A stretch of 64,000 nucleotides of DNA from an uncultured Clostridia bacterium (GTDB lineage: Bacteria > Bacillota > Clostridia > Oscillospirales > Acutalibacteraceae). Shown in pieces: positions 25,432 through 33,067 of this stretch (positions are counted from its first letter, which is position 1; the number at the start of each line of letters is the position of its first letter). The DNA is taken from contig CAMHAH010000016.1 of assembly GCA_946183365.1 (NCBI GenBank), forward strand, positions 84 through 64,083, written 5' to 3'. The notes beneath the pieces were generated by a model, which was not told the DNA's origin, did no database searches, and saw nothing but the letters and a program-made list of their open reading frames with translations. The position numbers and the translations under genes were made by a program.

Positions 25432-26334
25432 ATGGGATTGAGGTTCAGAAAAAGCATTTCTCTCTTACCCGGCGTCAAGCTCAATATCAGCAAGAGCGGA
25501 GTAGGTATCAGCGCCGGTGTTCCAGGGCTCAGAGGTTCTATCAATACGAGCGGCAGGGTCACGGGCACAGTAGGTATCCCCGGTACGGGCGTATCATATG
25601 TTAAGACAAAAACTCTCGGCAGTAAGAGCAAATCAAAGTCAAAGAGTGCAAAGGCAGCCGAGACAAAGACTAAGTCAAAGCTGCCTGAGAGCAGCGCCGC
25701 AAAAAGCGAGAGCAAAGCCCTGCCTTCGTCAAAGCGTGTAAATCTTGTTCAGATAGACGAGAATACTTTGAAATCCATTCACAGCAACACCGATATTTCT
25801 GTGGATTGGAAGAAGATTGCCGAATCGACTTCGTATGATGGTACAGGCTATGACGAGGCTACATGGAGCTATCTCCATGAGGCGGCGCCTCTTGTTCTCG
25901 GCGGTGATATCGATACCTATCTGCAGCTTATCTCAGACGTCAATCCTCTTGACGACTTGCTCGATTACGGTTCCGGTTTTGAGTTCGGAACCGATAATCC
26001 CTCAAAGATCGAGGTTGAATTCGTCATCAACGACGCCGCTCTCTCAAACGCTCAGCAGAGGATGAACGCCCGTGATTACAATATTCTGTTACAGGATTAC
26101 GTGTGCAGTATGTCGCTCAGGATAGCCAGAGATATGTTTGCTCTCTTACCTGTAAAGGATACGATCGTCCATGTAGTACTTGGCAGCGCCACAGTATTTT
26201 CGGTCGATTTTGACAGCTCTACTCTTGCAAAGATCAATTTCAATTATATCGATCCGTCAAATACGGCGACACAATTCAGAAACAACATGAGTTTTGACCC
26301 TAAGAACGGCTTTGCCGAGGTAAACAGATTATAA
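25432..26334 (+). CDS. DUF4236 domain protein with a Lys/Ser linker and an uncharacterised C-terminal domain
   Basis: N-terminus MGLRFRKSISLLPGVKLNISKSGVGISAGVPGLR is the DUF4236 pattern. GGAGG RBS. Confidence 0.7.
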   Translation: MGLRFRKSISLLPGVKLNISKSGVGISAGVPGLRGSINTSGRVTGTVGIPGTGVSYVKTKTLGSKSKSKSKSAKAAETKTKSKLPESSAAKSESKALPSSKRVNLVQIDENTLKSIHSNTDISVDWKKIAESTSYDGTGYDEATWSYLHEAAPLVLGGDIDTYLQLISDVNPLDDLLDYGSGFEFGTDNPSKIEVEFVINDAALSNAQQRMNARDYNILLQDYVCSMSLRIARDMFALLPVKDTIVHVVLGSATVFSVDFDSSTLAKINFNYIDPSNTATQFRNNMSFDPKNGFAEVNRL

Positions 26335-26346
26335 TTCCGTGTATAA

Positions 26347-26385
26347 AGAAATCACCCTGAGTTATCAGCTCAGGGTGATTTTTGC
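26347..26385. terminator. Bidirectional terminator (DUF4236 gene / fucO)
   Basis: 13-bp stem AAATCACCCTGAG/CTCAGGGTGATTT. Confidence 0.85.
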
Positions 26386-26397
26386 TATAGATTTTGA

Positions 26398-27543
26398 TCA
26401 CATTATCTTTCTGTACAGCTCTTTGAGCTCCTCGACGTTTGTATCTCTGGGGTTGCCGGGACGGCAAGCGTCCTCATAAGCGTCCTTCGCAAGTATATCG
26501 AGATCCTCTTCCTTGACCTTATCGTTCTTTGTGGGGATACCTACATCTATAGAGAGCTGTCTTACGGCGTCGATAGCCGCCTTGCGGTATTCAGCCTGAG
26601 ACATTCCGTCTACTCCCTTGACGCCCATAGCGATAGCTATATCCTTGAATTTCTCGCCTGTATATTCCTGGTTATACTCCATAACGATCGGGAGCATCAT
26701 AGCGCAGGCTACACCGTGAGGTGTGTCATAATGAGCGCCGAGGGTGTGAGCGATACTGTGAGCGATACCTAAGCCAACGTTAGAGAAGCCCATACCCGCT
26801 ACATACTGAGCCAGAGCCATACCTTCTCTGTCCTCGGGCTTGTTCTCAACAGCTCCGCGCAGATGCTTTGAGATAAGACGGATAGCCTCGAGATGGAACA
26901 TATCGGTCATCTCCCAAGCCGCCTTTGTTGTGAAGCCCTCGATAGCGTGGGTCAGAGCGTCCATACCGGTAGAAGCGGTCAGTCCCTTAGGCATTGAGCT
27001 CATCATATCGGGGTCGATGACAGCTACCTCGGGGATATCATGCTCGTCAACGCAGACGAATTTGCGTTCCTTTTCAACATCGGTGATAACGTAGTTGATG
27101 GTGACCTCAGCGGCGGTACCGGCTGTTGTAGGTACGGCGATAGTGGGTACGGCATGGTTCTTTGTGGGAGCTACACCCTCGAGAGAGCGAACGTCAGCGA
27201 ACTCGGGGTTTGTGATGATGATACCTATAGCTTTTGCGGTATCCATAGCGGAGCCTCCGCCGATCGTTATGATAGAATCAGCGCCGCAAGCCTTGAACGC
27301 TTCTACGCCTTCCTTAACGTTCTCGATAGTGGGGTTGGGCTTTATTCCCGAATAAACGGTGTAGGGAAGAGCCGCTTCGTCAAGAAGATCGGTGACCTTC
27401 TTTGTTACACCGAACTTGAGCAGGTCGGGGTCTGTGCATACAAAGATATGCTTGAAGCCCTTTGCCTTAGCTGTAGGGACTATCTCAGCGATAGCTCCTT
27501 TGCCGTGATAAGATACGTTGTTTAGTATTATTCTGTTTGCCAT
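26398..27543 (-). CDS. fucO: Lactaldehyde reductase / iron-containing alcohol dehydrogenase
   Basis: Near-collinear with E. coli FucO as I remember it (NPEFADVRSLEG, PTTAGTAAEVTINYVITD, GFSNVGLG..H). Confidence 0.9.
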   Translation of the reverse strand: MANRIILNNVSYHGKGAIAEIVPTAKAKGFKHIFVCTDPDLLKFGVTKKVTDLLDEAALPYTVYSGIKPNPTIENVKEGVEAFKACGADSIITIGGGSAMDTAKAIGIIITNPEFADVRSLEGVAPTKNHAVPTIAVPTTAGTAAEVTINYVITDVEKERKFVCVDEHDIPEVAVIDPDMMSSMPKGLTASTGMDALTHAIEGFTTKAAWEMTDMFHLEAIRLISKHLRGAVENKPEDREGMALAQYVAGMGFSNVGLGIAHSIAHTLGAHYDTPHGVACAMMLPIVMEYNQEYTGEKFKDIAIAMGVKGVDGMSQAEYRKAAIDAVRQLSIDVGIPTKNDKVKEEDLDILAKDAYEDACRPGNPRDTNVEELKELYRKIM

Positions 27544-27682
27544 TGTGTTTTCCTCCTGTGGCTTTTTCTTTTATTCTATCATAAAACGCAAAGTGTTTCA
27601 CGACTTTTTTAGAATTATTTACGTTTATTTTACATTTTTAAAGATGTGATTAACTGTATAACTCCTATTATATTTATCCCGA

Positions 27683-28639
27683 TCATTTTTCCTGATCGTT
27701 TTTCATAAAAGCGGCTGTAAAGTTGTTAAGGTTCATTGCGCTTTTCGCGGCGTCCTGCATCGCCTGAGCCTGAGCGCCTACAAGTGTAGCCGCGGCAAGA
27801 TTTGGGTCGGTCAGAGCCTTTGCGTATTCAATGCTTTGAAGAAGGTCCTTATCCCCTTGAGTAAGTCGGATACTTTCTATACCGACCGATGATATTTCAA
27901 CACCTCTCAGGTTCTTGTTTTTTTCGTTGAAATTATCTGTTGCCGCTTTTGACATATCATCGGGATAAGCGGCGAGCTCATACGCCGATACGCCCTCTCG
28001 GCATCGCTTCGATAACGCTGACATCAACGCTGTGTTGAACTCAGCCGTGAATTGAGGCAAAAGCTCTGATTTCATTACTTTGCCGGTCGAGCACCCGCAT
28101 ACATTCTGATAAAACGTGATCGGATCGGTTATTCTGAAAGAGTACATACCGCTTATGGTTATTGTCGCGTCAATGCTCGCGCCGGTTCGGCGTTCTTTAA
28201 GGTTTACAGGCAGGCTCAACGTGAACGGATTACCCATGTGTTCCTTCATATCGAGGTACATTATGACCTGATATACTGCGGCTACTCCGCCGTAGCCGAA
28301 CCGTTCAAAGCTCTGCTTAGCTATCGATCTGAGCCCGCCTTTGTGGAAGATACTACCCGAGCGGTCGCTGTGATAGATGTTTTCGCCCGGAGTATCGTAA
28401 CAGCCGATCACCTTGCCTTTATCAACGGCGATGGCGCATTGTCCGTTATGTACGATGATGATCGAACCGTCGCTTATAACGTTCTCTTCTCCGTTTACGT
28501 TAGAAGAGCGTTCGCTTACCTTTTTGCTTCCTCTTTCGGCGAGAACATCATGAGCGAAACCGTCGCAGCTGTATACTTCAAGCCATTGATCGGCGAGAGT
28601 GCCGCCGACTGAACCGCTTGCCGCTTTTATGATGCCCAC
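27683..28639 (-). CDS. SPFH/band-7 domain protein, YdjI/COG4260-like (318 aa)
   Basis: MGIIKAASGSVGGTLADQW N-terminus typical of the family. GTG at 28639 with GGGAG 8 nt upstream; the track start is the GTG at 28648. Confidence 0.7.
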   Translation of the reverse strand: MGIIKAASGSVGGTLADQWLEVYSCDGFAHDVLAERGSKKVSERSSNVNGEENVISDGSIIIVHNGQCAIAVDKGKVIGCYDTPGENIYHSDRSGSIFHKGGLRSIAKQSFERFGYGGVAAVYQVIMYLDMKEHMGNPFTLSLPVNLKERRTGASIDATITISGMYSFRITDPITFYQNVCGCSTGKVMKSELLPQFTAEFNTALMSALSKRCREGVSAYELAAYPDDMSKAATDNFNEKNKNLRGVEISSVGIESIRLTQGDKDLLQSIEYAKALTDPNLAAATLVGAQAQAMQDAAKSAMNLNNFTAAFMKNDQEK

Positions 28640-28654
28640 AAATATCACTCCCGT

Positions 28655-30346
28655 TTATTTGTTATCGATCTCTTTCTTGATCTGATCAAAGGTAACGCCG
28701 TATTTTTTAGCTATATCTGCCGCGTAGCTGACGCCCTGAGGCGGAGCTATGCTCACCTTGAAGCTGCGTTCTCCGTCGTGTACGCCCGTTATCAGGCTTT
28801 CGGCTATGCTGTCGCCTTCGACCTCATTGTTTATCATATCAAGCGAGGTCGCGAGGTCGTGCATATGGGTATTGAATATCGCTCTGGTACCGAGGTATCG
28901 CATGGCTCTTACAACGTCTTTGGCTATGAATACGCCCTCGGCTACGCTGGTGGTAGCGAGGCTCTCGTTCAACAGCATAAGACTGTGGCGCGTTGCTATC
29001 TCAAAGATCTTTGACAGTCTCTGACTTTCCTCGCCAAGTCTGCCGAGGTCGACTGTGTCATTCTCGTCGGCAGGGAAGTGGGTGAAGATATTGTCGCACG
29101 GGCTTATCTTAGCTTCGGCTGCGGGGACATATACGCCCCACTGAGCCATCACCATAGCCAGACCTACTGCCTGAGTAAAGATCGTTTTGCCTCCGCGGTT
29201 AGGACCTGTGAGGATATATATGCGGTGCTTATCATTGAAATCAAAATCATTGGATATTATATTGATCTCTTCACCGTTGGCTTTATTTATTGCGAGCTTT
29301 AGATTGTATATTTCTTTAAAAGAACAATTTCTGCAATCGTAATCCAATATCTCGGGTTTGCACATAGGCATACCTGTTTCGGTTATCTTCTCTGTAAGCT
29401 CAGCCCAGCGTATAAAGAAGGTTATTTCAGGCATGAGATTGATCAGAGAATATCCGCTGAAGTCAACGTGCTTCTTGATGGTTGACTTGATATCGTTCAC
29501 GGTGCGCCTCATCATATCCGTCACGACCCTGCGAAGATTGTTTGACAGCGGATCTTTCCCTGTGACGGTGCTGGTTTCTATATGAGTACCGTTTATCGCG
29601 TTTGTAAATGTTGCAGCTCCTTTTATTATGCCGTTTATCGGCGGATTTGCGGAGTGGAATTTGCCGCCTTCGCCTTTATCAGCGCCTTTATGTATAGCGT
29701 CTTTCTTGTCAGAGAACACCATGAAACGGCTCATAAGTCCCGAGTCGGTGAATTTTGTATCATTCAGCGCTACTACGCCTGCTGCTTCGGGACGCAGCAG
29801 ATTATCGAGATTTACTCCTATTGTAATACTCTTTAGCCGCTGAGCCCGTGTCATCATATCATCGATATCCGCCTTCAGCTCATCAAAGCCGCTCTCTATC
29901 GGGATATTTGTGACCATCTCTTTCAGCTCACGCATACCGGATGAGGTCACGTCCATATCCGACAGCACATCCTTTATCATGGTGATACAGCTGATGTAGT
30001 CGTCGATCTCTCTCAGTCGGTTTATAAGCGACCACAGCGACGACATATCGGTATCCTTCTGAAAACGCTCGAGGTCTCTAAGATCGGTCAGCTTGAGGAC
30101 CAGCTCGCTCATTGCTTCTCTGAGCTTCGGAAATCTCAAAAAATCCTCAAATATATCTCTGCGGTAGCGTATCACCTCGGGGTCTGAGGGTATTTGTCTC
30201 ATCAATCCCATGAGGTGTGGCTTCTCCGCGTTCACCTCTGTCAAAGCGTCAACTATGAATTCGAGAGAAAGATCGTTTACCGCTTCATCACTGAGCAACT
30301 GAAAATTTCTCTCGGTATTTTGAGGATAAAACAGACTGAATTTCAT
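28655..30346 (-). CDS. MutS-related ATPase (core plus domain V only; no mismatch-binding or Smr domain)
   Basis: Walker A GPNRGGKT, FNTHMHDL TH motif, Walker B-like LMLLNES. AGGAGG RBS. Confidence 0.8.
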   Translation of the reverse strand: MKFSLFYPQNTERNFQLLSDEAVNDLSLEFIVDALTEVNAEKPHLMGLMRQIPSDPEVIRYRRDIFEDFLRFPKLREAMSELVLKLTDLRDLERFQKDTDMSSLWSLINRLREIDDYISCITMIKDVLSDMDVTSSGMRELKEMVTNIPIESGFDELKADIDDMMTRAQRLKSITIGVNLDNLLRPEAAGVVALNDTKFTDSGLMSRFMVFSDKKDAIHKGADKGEGGKFHSANPPINGIIKGAATFTNAINGTHIETSTVTGKDPLSNNLRRVVTDMMRRTVNDIKSTIKKHVDFSGYSLINLMPEITFFIRWAELTEKITETGMPMCKPEILDYDCRNCSFKEIYNLKLAINKANGEEINIISNDFDFNDKHRIYILTGPNRGGKTIFTQAVGLAMVMAQWGVYVPAAEAKISPCDNIFTHFPADENDTVDLGRLGEESQRLSKIFEIATRHSLMLLNESLATTSVAEGVFIAKDVVRAMRYLGTRAIFNTHMHDLATSLDMINNEVEGDSIAESLITGVHDGERSFKVSIAPPQGVSYAADIAKKYGVTFDQIKKEIDNK

Positions 30347-30424
30347 ATCGCGCCTCCTGATATATGTTCATAGATACAGTATAACATACCGGAATTGTTT
30401 CGTCACTATTTATCTTTCTATAAT

Positions 30425-30455
30425 ATGTAAAAAAGTCCCCGAAAGGACTTTCTTC
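30425..30455 (-). terminator. Terminator of the polymerase cassette. It also insulates the MutS-like operon promoter.
   Basis: Stem AAAGTCC/GGACTTT with a 6-nt loop and a T-run on the minus strand. Confidence 0.7.
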
Positions 30456-30488
30456 ACACTTTATGTTTATTTGTCGCTCATCTGGGCT

Positions 30489-30953
30489 CTATTCCGGGTC
30501 TTTGTTGATTATAATTCCCGTAAGCCGCTCTATGGGTATGATCACAGTAGGGATCCTTCTGTCGTTGATATCATCAGAGCCATAGAAAACCAGAGACTTT
30601 TTGAGCGTGTCTATCTTTTTTATGATACCTGTCAGCTTTTCATAATGCCCTCCGCTTTTGTGGGTATCGGGTCTGAAATAGGTGACGGATACCGTCGGAT
30701 GACCGCCGTTCCCGGTTATAGAGCTTATTTCAGATATCACTCCGTTTATCAGCTCTATCTCATTATCGGACAAATATATCTCACTCTCTGTCTGTCTCGC
30801 TTCTTCCGTTACCATATCCTCAAAGCCCGACAGAGCCGCGAACGGAGCGAACTGCGCCGCGCGGTCATACAGCGACATATGAGGACGGGTCGATGACTGA
30901 TGATGAGGCATATCGATTATATCAGCGTATTCTTTTTTTGCGTTATCTTTCAT
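30489..30953 (-). CDS. YolD-like protein (accessory to the Y-family polymerase)
   Basis: MSLYDRAAQFAPFAALSGFE resembles the YolD-family core. Starts 2 nt after the polymerase stop. Confidence 0.6.
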   Translation of the reverse strand: MKDNAKKEYADIIDMPHHQSSTRPHMSLYDRAAQFAPFAALSGFEDMVTEEARQTESEIYLSDNEIELINGVISEISSITGNGGHPTVSVTYFRPDTHKSGGHYEKLTGIIKKIDTLKKSLVFYGSDDINDRRIPTVIIPIERLTGIIINKDPE

Positions 30954-30955
30954 AT

Positions 30956-32527
30956 CTAATCCGCCTTATGACCGCCTATCTGACCGTTACGTTCGATAGT
31001 GGTGCCCTCTTTATACAGATTCATGCCCTTTAAAACCGCGTTTTTACCGTATCGGTACTGCAGCTCGAGCATGGTGTTCTGGATATTCCTTTCCTTTTTG
31101 TCGGCTGTTTTGTCCGCTTCTTCGGCTTCGTTGTCAGTAAACAGGCTCAGCTGTTCAAAAGTCTCCTTGGGTATATCTTTTTCATATATAAGGTCGCAGG
31201 CTGATATATTTAGCCTGCGTATGAGCAGATCGGGGTCGACTACCCTTGTATACAGCTCCATCACGGTATCCACGATCTTTTTTGTCGAATTGGTGTAGCT
31301 GCTTAGATTTCCCGTTCCGTGAGCGTACTTCGGCGCTATCCTGCCGTAGTAGTCGACTGACACCTTACCCATATAGGGCTTGTTCGTTTTTCTGACAACA
31401 AATACGGTATCGCTGATGGTTTTTCCCGCCTTGAGTACCTTCAGGCTCTCTTTATCATAGCTTATATGCAGTACTATCTGTCGTGTGACCAGACCTTTGC
31501 TGACGAGATCGAGTACAAGCAGCTCGGTCATCTCGCGTACTATCAGCCGGGCGTTATCGTAATTATACGGTTCCTTTAGCACCTGACCCGACGAAATGGA
31601 ATTGGTCGTCGGTCGATATGACTTGATATGCTCGATAGTCGCGGGCTCCCAGCCCCAGGCGTGATCGATGAGCAGCTCCGCGTTTATTCCGAACGTCTTA
31701 TACAGCACATTCTCACAGACAGGTGAGAGAGAAAACCTCGCGATATCTCCCATTGTATACAGTCCGAGAGCCTCTAACTTTGTACTGTAGCCTCTGCCTA
31801 CCCGCCAAAAGTCAGTAAGAGGTCTGTGATCCCACAGCAGCTCTCTGTACTTCATCTCGTCAAGCTCAGCTATACGCACGCCGTCTTTGTCGGCGGGGAC
31901 GTGCTTTGCCACGATATCCATAGCTATTTTGGCGAGGTACAGATTAGTGCCTATCCCTGCTGTAGCGGTGATACCAGTGGTATACAGTACCTCGCGGATC
32001 ATGGTCATGGTCAGCTCGTGAGCCGACATTTTATACAGGTCGAGATAGTGGGTGACGTCGATGAATACCTCGTCTACCGAATAGACATGGATATCCTCGG
32101 GTGCAATATATTTCAGATAAATAGAATATATCCTCGTGCTGTACTGCTCATACAGCCTCATGCGCGGCGGAGCGACTATATAAGACAGCTCGAGGGACGG
32201 ATCGCTTTTGAGAGCGGAAGCGCTGAAGGACGGAGATGAAAAGCTGAACCGACCATTGTCGCCTTTGCGAATATGACCGCTCTTTATACCGTCGTATAAT
32301 CTCTTGTCGTTGACTTCCTTTACACGCTGTATGACCTCAAACAGTCTTGCTCTGCCTGAGATACCGTGAGCCTTAAGCGACGGAGATACGGCGAGACAAA
32401 TGGTCTTTTCTGTCCTCGATGAATCGGCTACTACCAGATTGGTATCAAGAGGATCAAGCTTTCTCTCGGCGCACTCTACGCTCGCGTAAAAGCTCTTAAG
32501 ATCTATAGCGATATATGTGCGTTCCAA
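30956..32527 (-). CDS. Y-family DNA polymerase (UmuC/UvrX/YqjW-like)
   Basis: IAIDLKSFYASVE catalytic N-terminus, SVDEVFIDV motif. TTG start with AAGGAGGG 6 nt upstream. Confidence 0.9.
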   Translation of the reverse strand: MERTYIAIDLKSFYASVECAERKLDPLDTNLVVADSSRTEKTICLAVSPSLKAHGISGRARLFEVIQRVKEVNDKRLYDGIKSGHIRKGDNGRFSFSSPSFSASALKSDPSLELSYIVAPPRMRLYEQYSTRIYSIYLKYIAPEDIHVYSVDEVFIDVTHYLDLYKMSAHELTMTMIREVLYTTGITATAGIGTNLYLAKIAMDIVAKHVPADKDGVRIAELDEMKYRELLWDHRPLTDFWRVGRGYSTKLEALGLYTMGDIARFSLSPVCENVLYKTFGINAELLIDHAWGWEPATIEHIKSYRPTTNSISSGQVLKEPYNYDNARLIVREMTELLVLDLVSKGLVTRQIVLHISYDKESLKVLKAGKTISDTVFVVRKTNKPYMGKVSVDYYGRIAPKYAHGTGNLSSYTNSTKKIVDTVMELYTRVVDPDLLIRRLNISACDLIYEKDIPKETFEQLSLFTDNEAEEADKTADKKERNIQNTMLELQYRYGKNAVLKGMNLYKEGTTIERNGQIGGHKAD

Positions 32528-32561
32528 TGCCGGCCCTCCTTACTGTCAGTAAAATACTATA

Positions 32562-32843
32562 TTAACTCGCTCTCGGGCGTTCGATAAACCATCTTCCTAT
32601 CCTTGCGGTAAACATACCGTTTGACCGCTCAAAGAACAGATACTTCTCTTCTCCGCGGATAACTACGGTATAGCAATCGCCGCTGTGACCCTTCATGAGC
32701 GTAGAAGCGGGACGGAAGTCCTTTACCGCTTCTATTTTAAAGGTTCTGCCGTCAGCCCATGTTATGGTTTTAGGTACTACATAGCCCGTAGAATCAAAAT
32801 CGGAGTTGACCTTAACGTACACTCTTTCAAAATCTGACTTCAT
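32562..32843 (-). CDS. Small hypothetical protein (93 aa), first gene of the polymerase cassette
   Basis: AGGAG RBS. Sits directly behind the SOS-box promoter. No motif recognised. Confidence 0.6.
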   Translation of the reverse strand: MKSDFERVYVKVNSDFDSTGYVVPKTITWADGRTFKIEAVKDFRPASTLMKGHSGDCYTVVIRGEEKYLFFERSNGMFTARIGRWFIERPRAS

Positions 32844-32880
32844 ACTAAACTCCTGTTAAACGTTGTGATATATTCTTATA

Positions 32881-32914
32881 GAACAAATGTACTACAAAAT
32901 CAAAGATTTGTCAA
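32881..32914 (-). promoter_or_regulatory. SOS (LexA/Cheo-type) box overlapping the -10 of the polymerase-cassette promoter
   Basis: On the minus strand: TTGACA (32909-32914), 17 nt, TACATT. The box GTACATTTGTTC (32881-32892) matches GAAC-N4-GTTC at 7 of 8 core positions. Confidence 0.6.
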
Positions 32915-32985
32915 TATGCTTCATAATAATTCTGTCGGTAATTTTTGTTATGCCAAACAGATTTGCGTAAAAAAACAAAGAATGA

Positions 32986-33014
32986 TTGTTTTATCCGAAA
33001 AAGTGTGATATAAT
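32986..33014 (+). promoter_or_regulatory. Promoter of the P-type ATPase gene
   Basis: TTGTTT, 17 nt, TGaTATAAT (extended -10). Confidence 0.6.
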
Positions 33015-33067
33015 ATTCTGTGTTTTTTGCTGAAATAGGCAATTTTTAGTTAAGAGGGAGAATAAAA

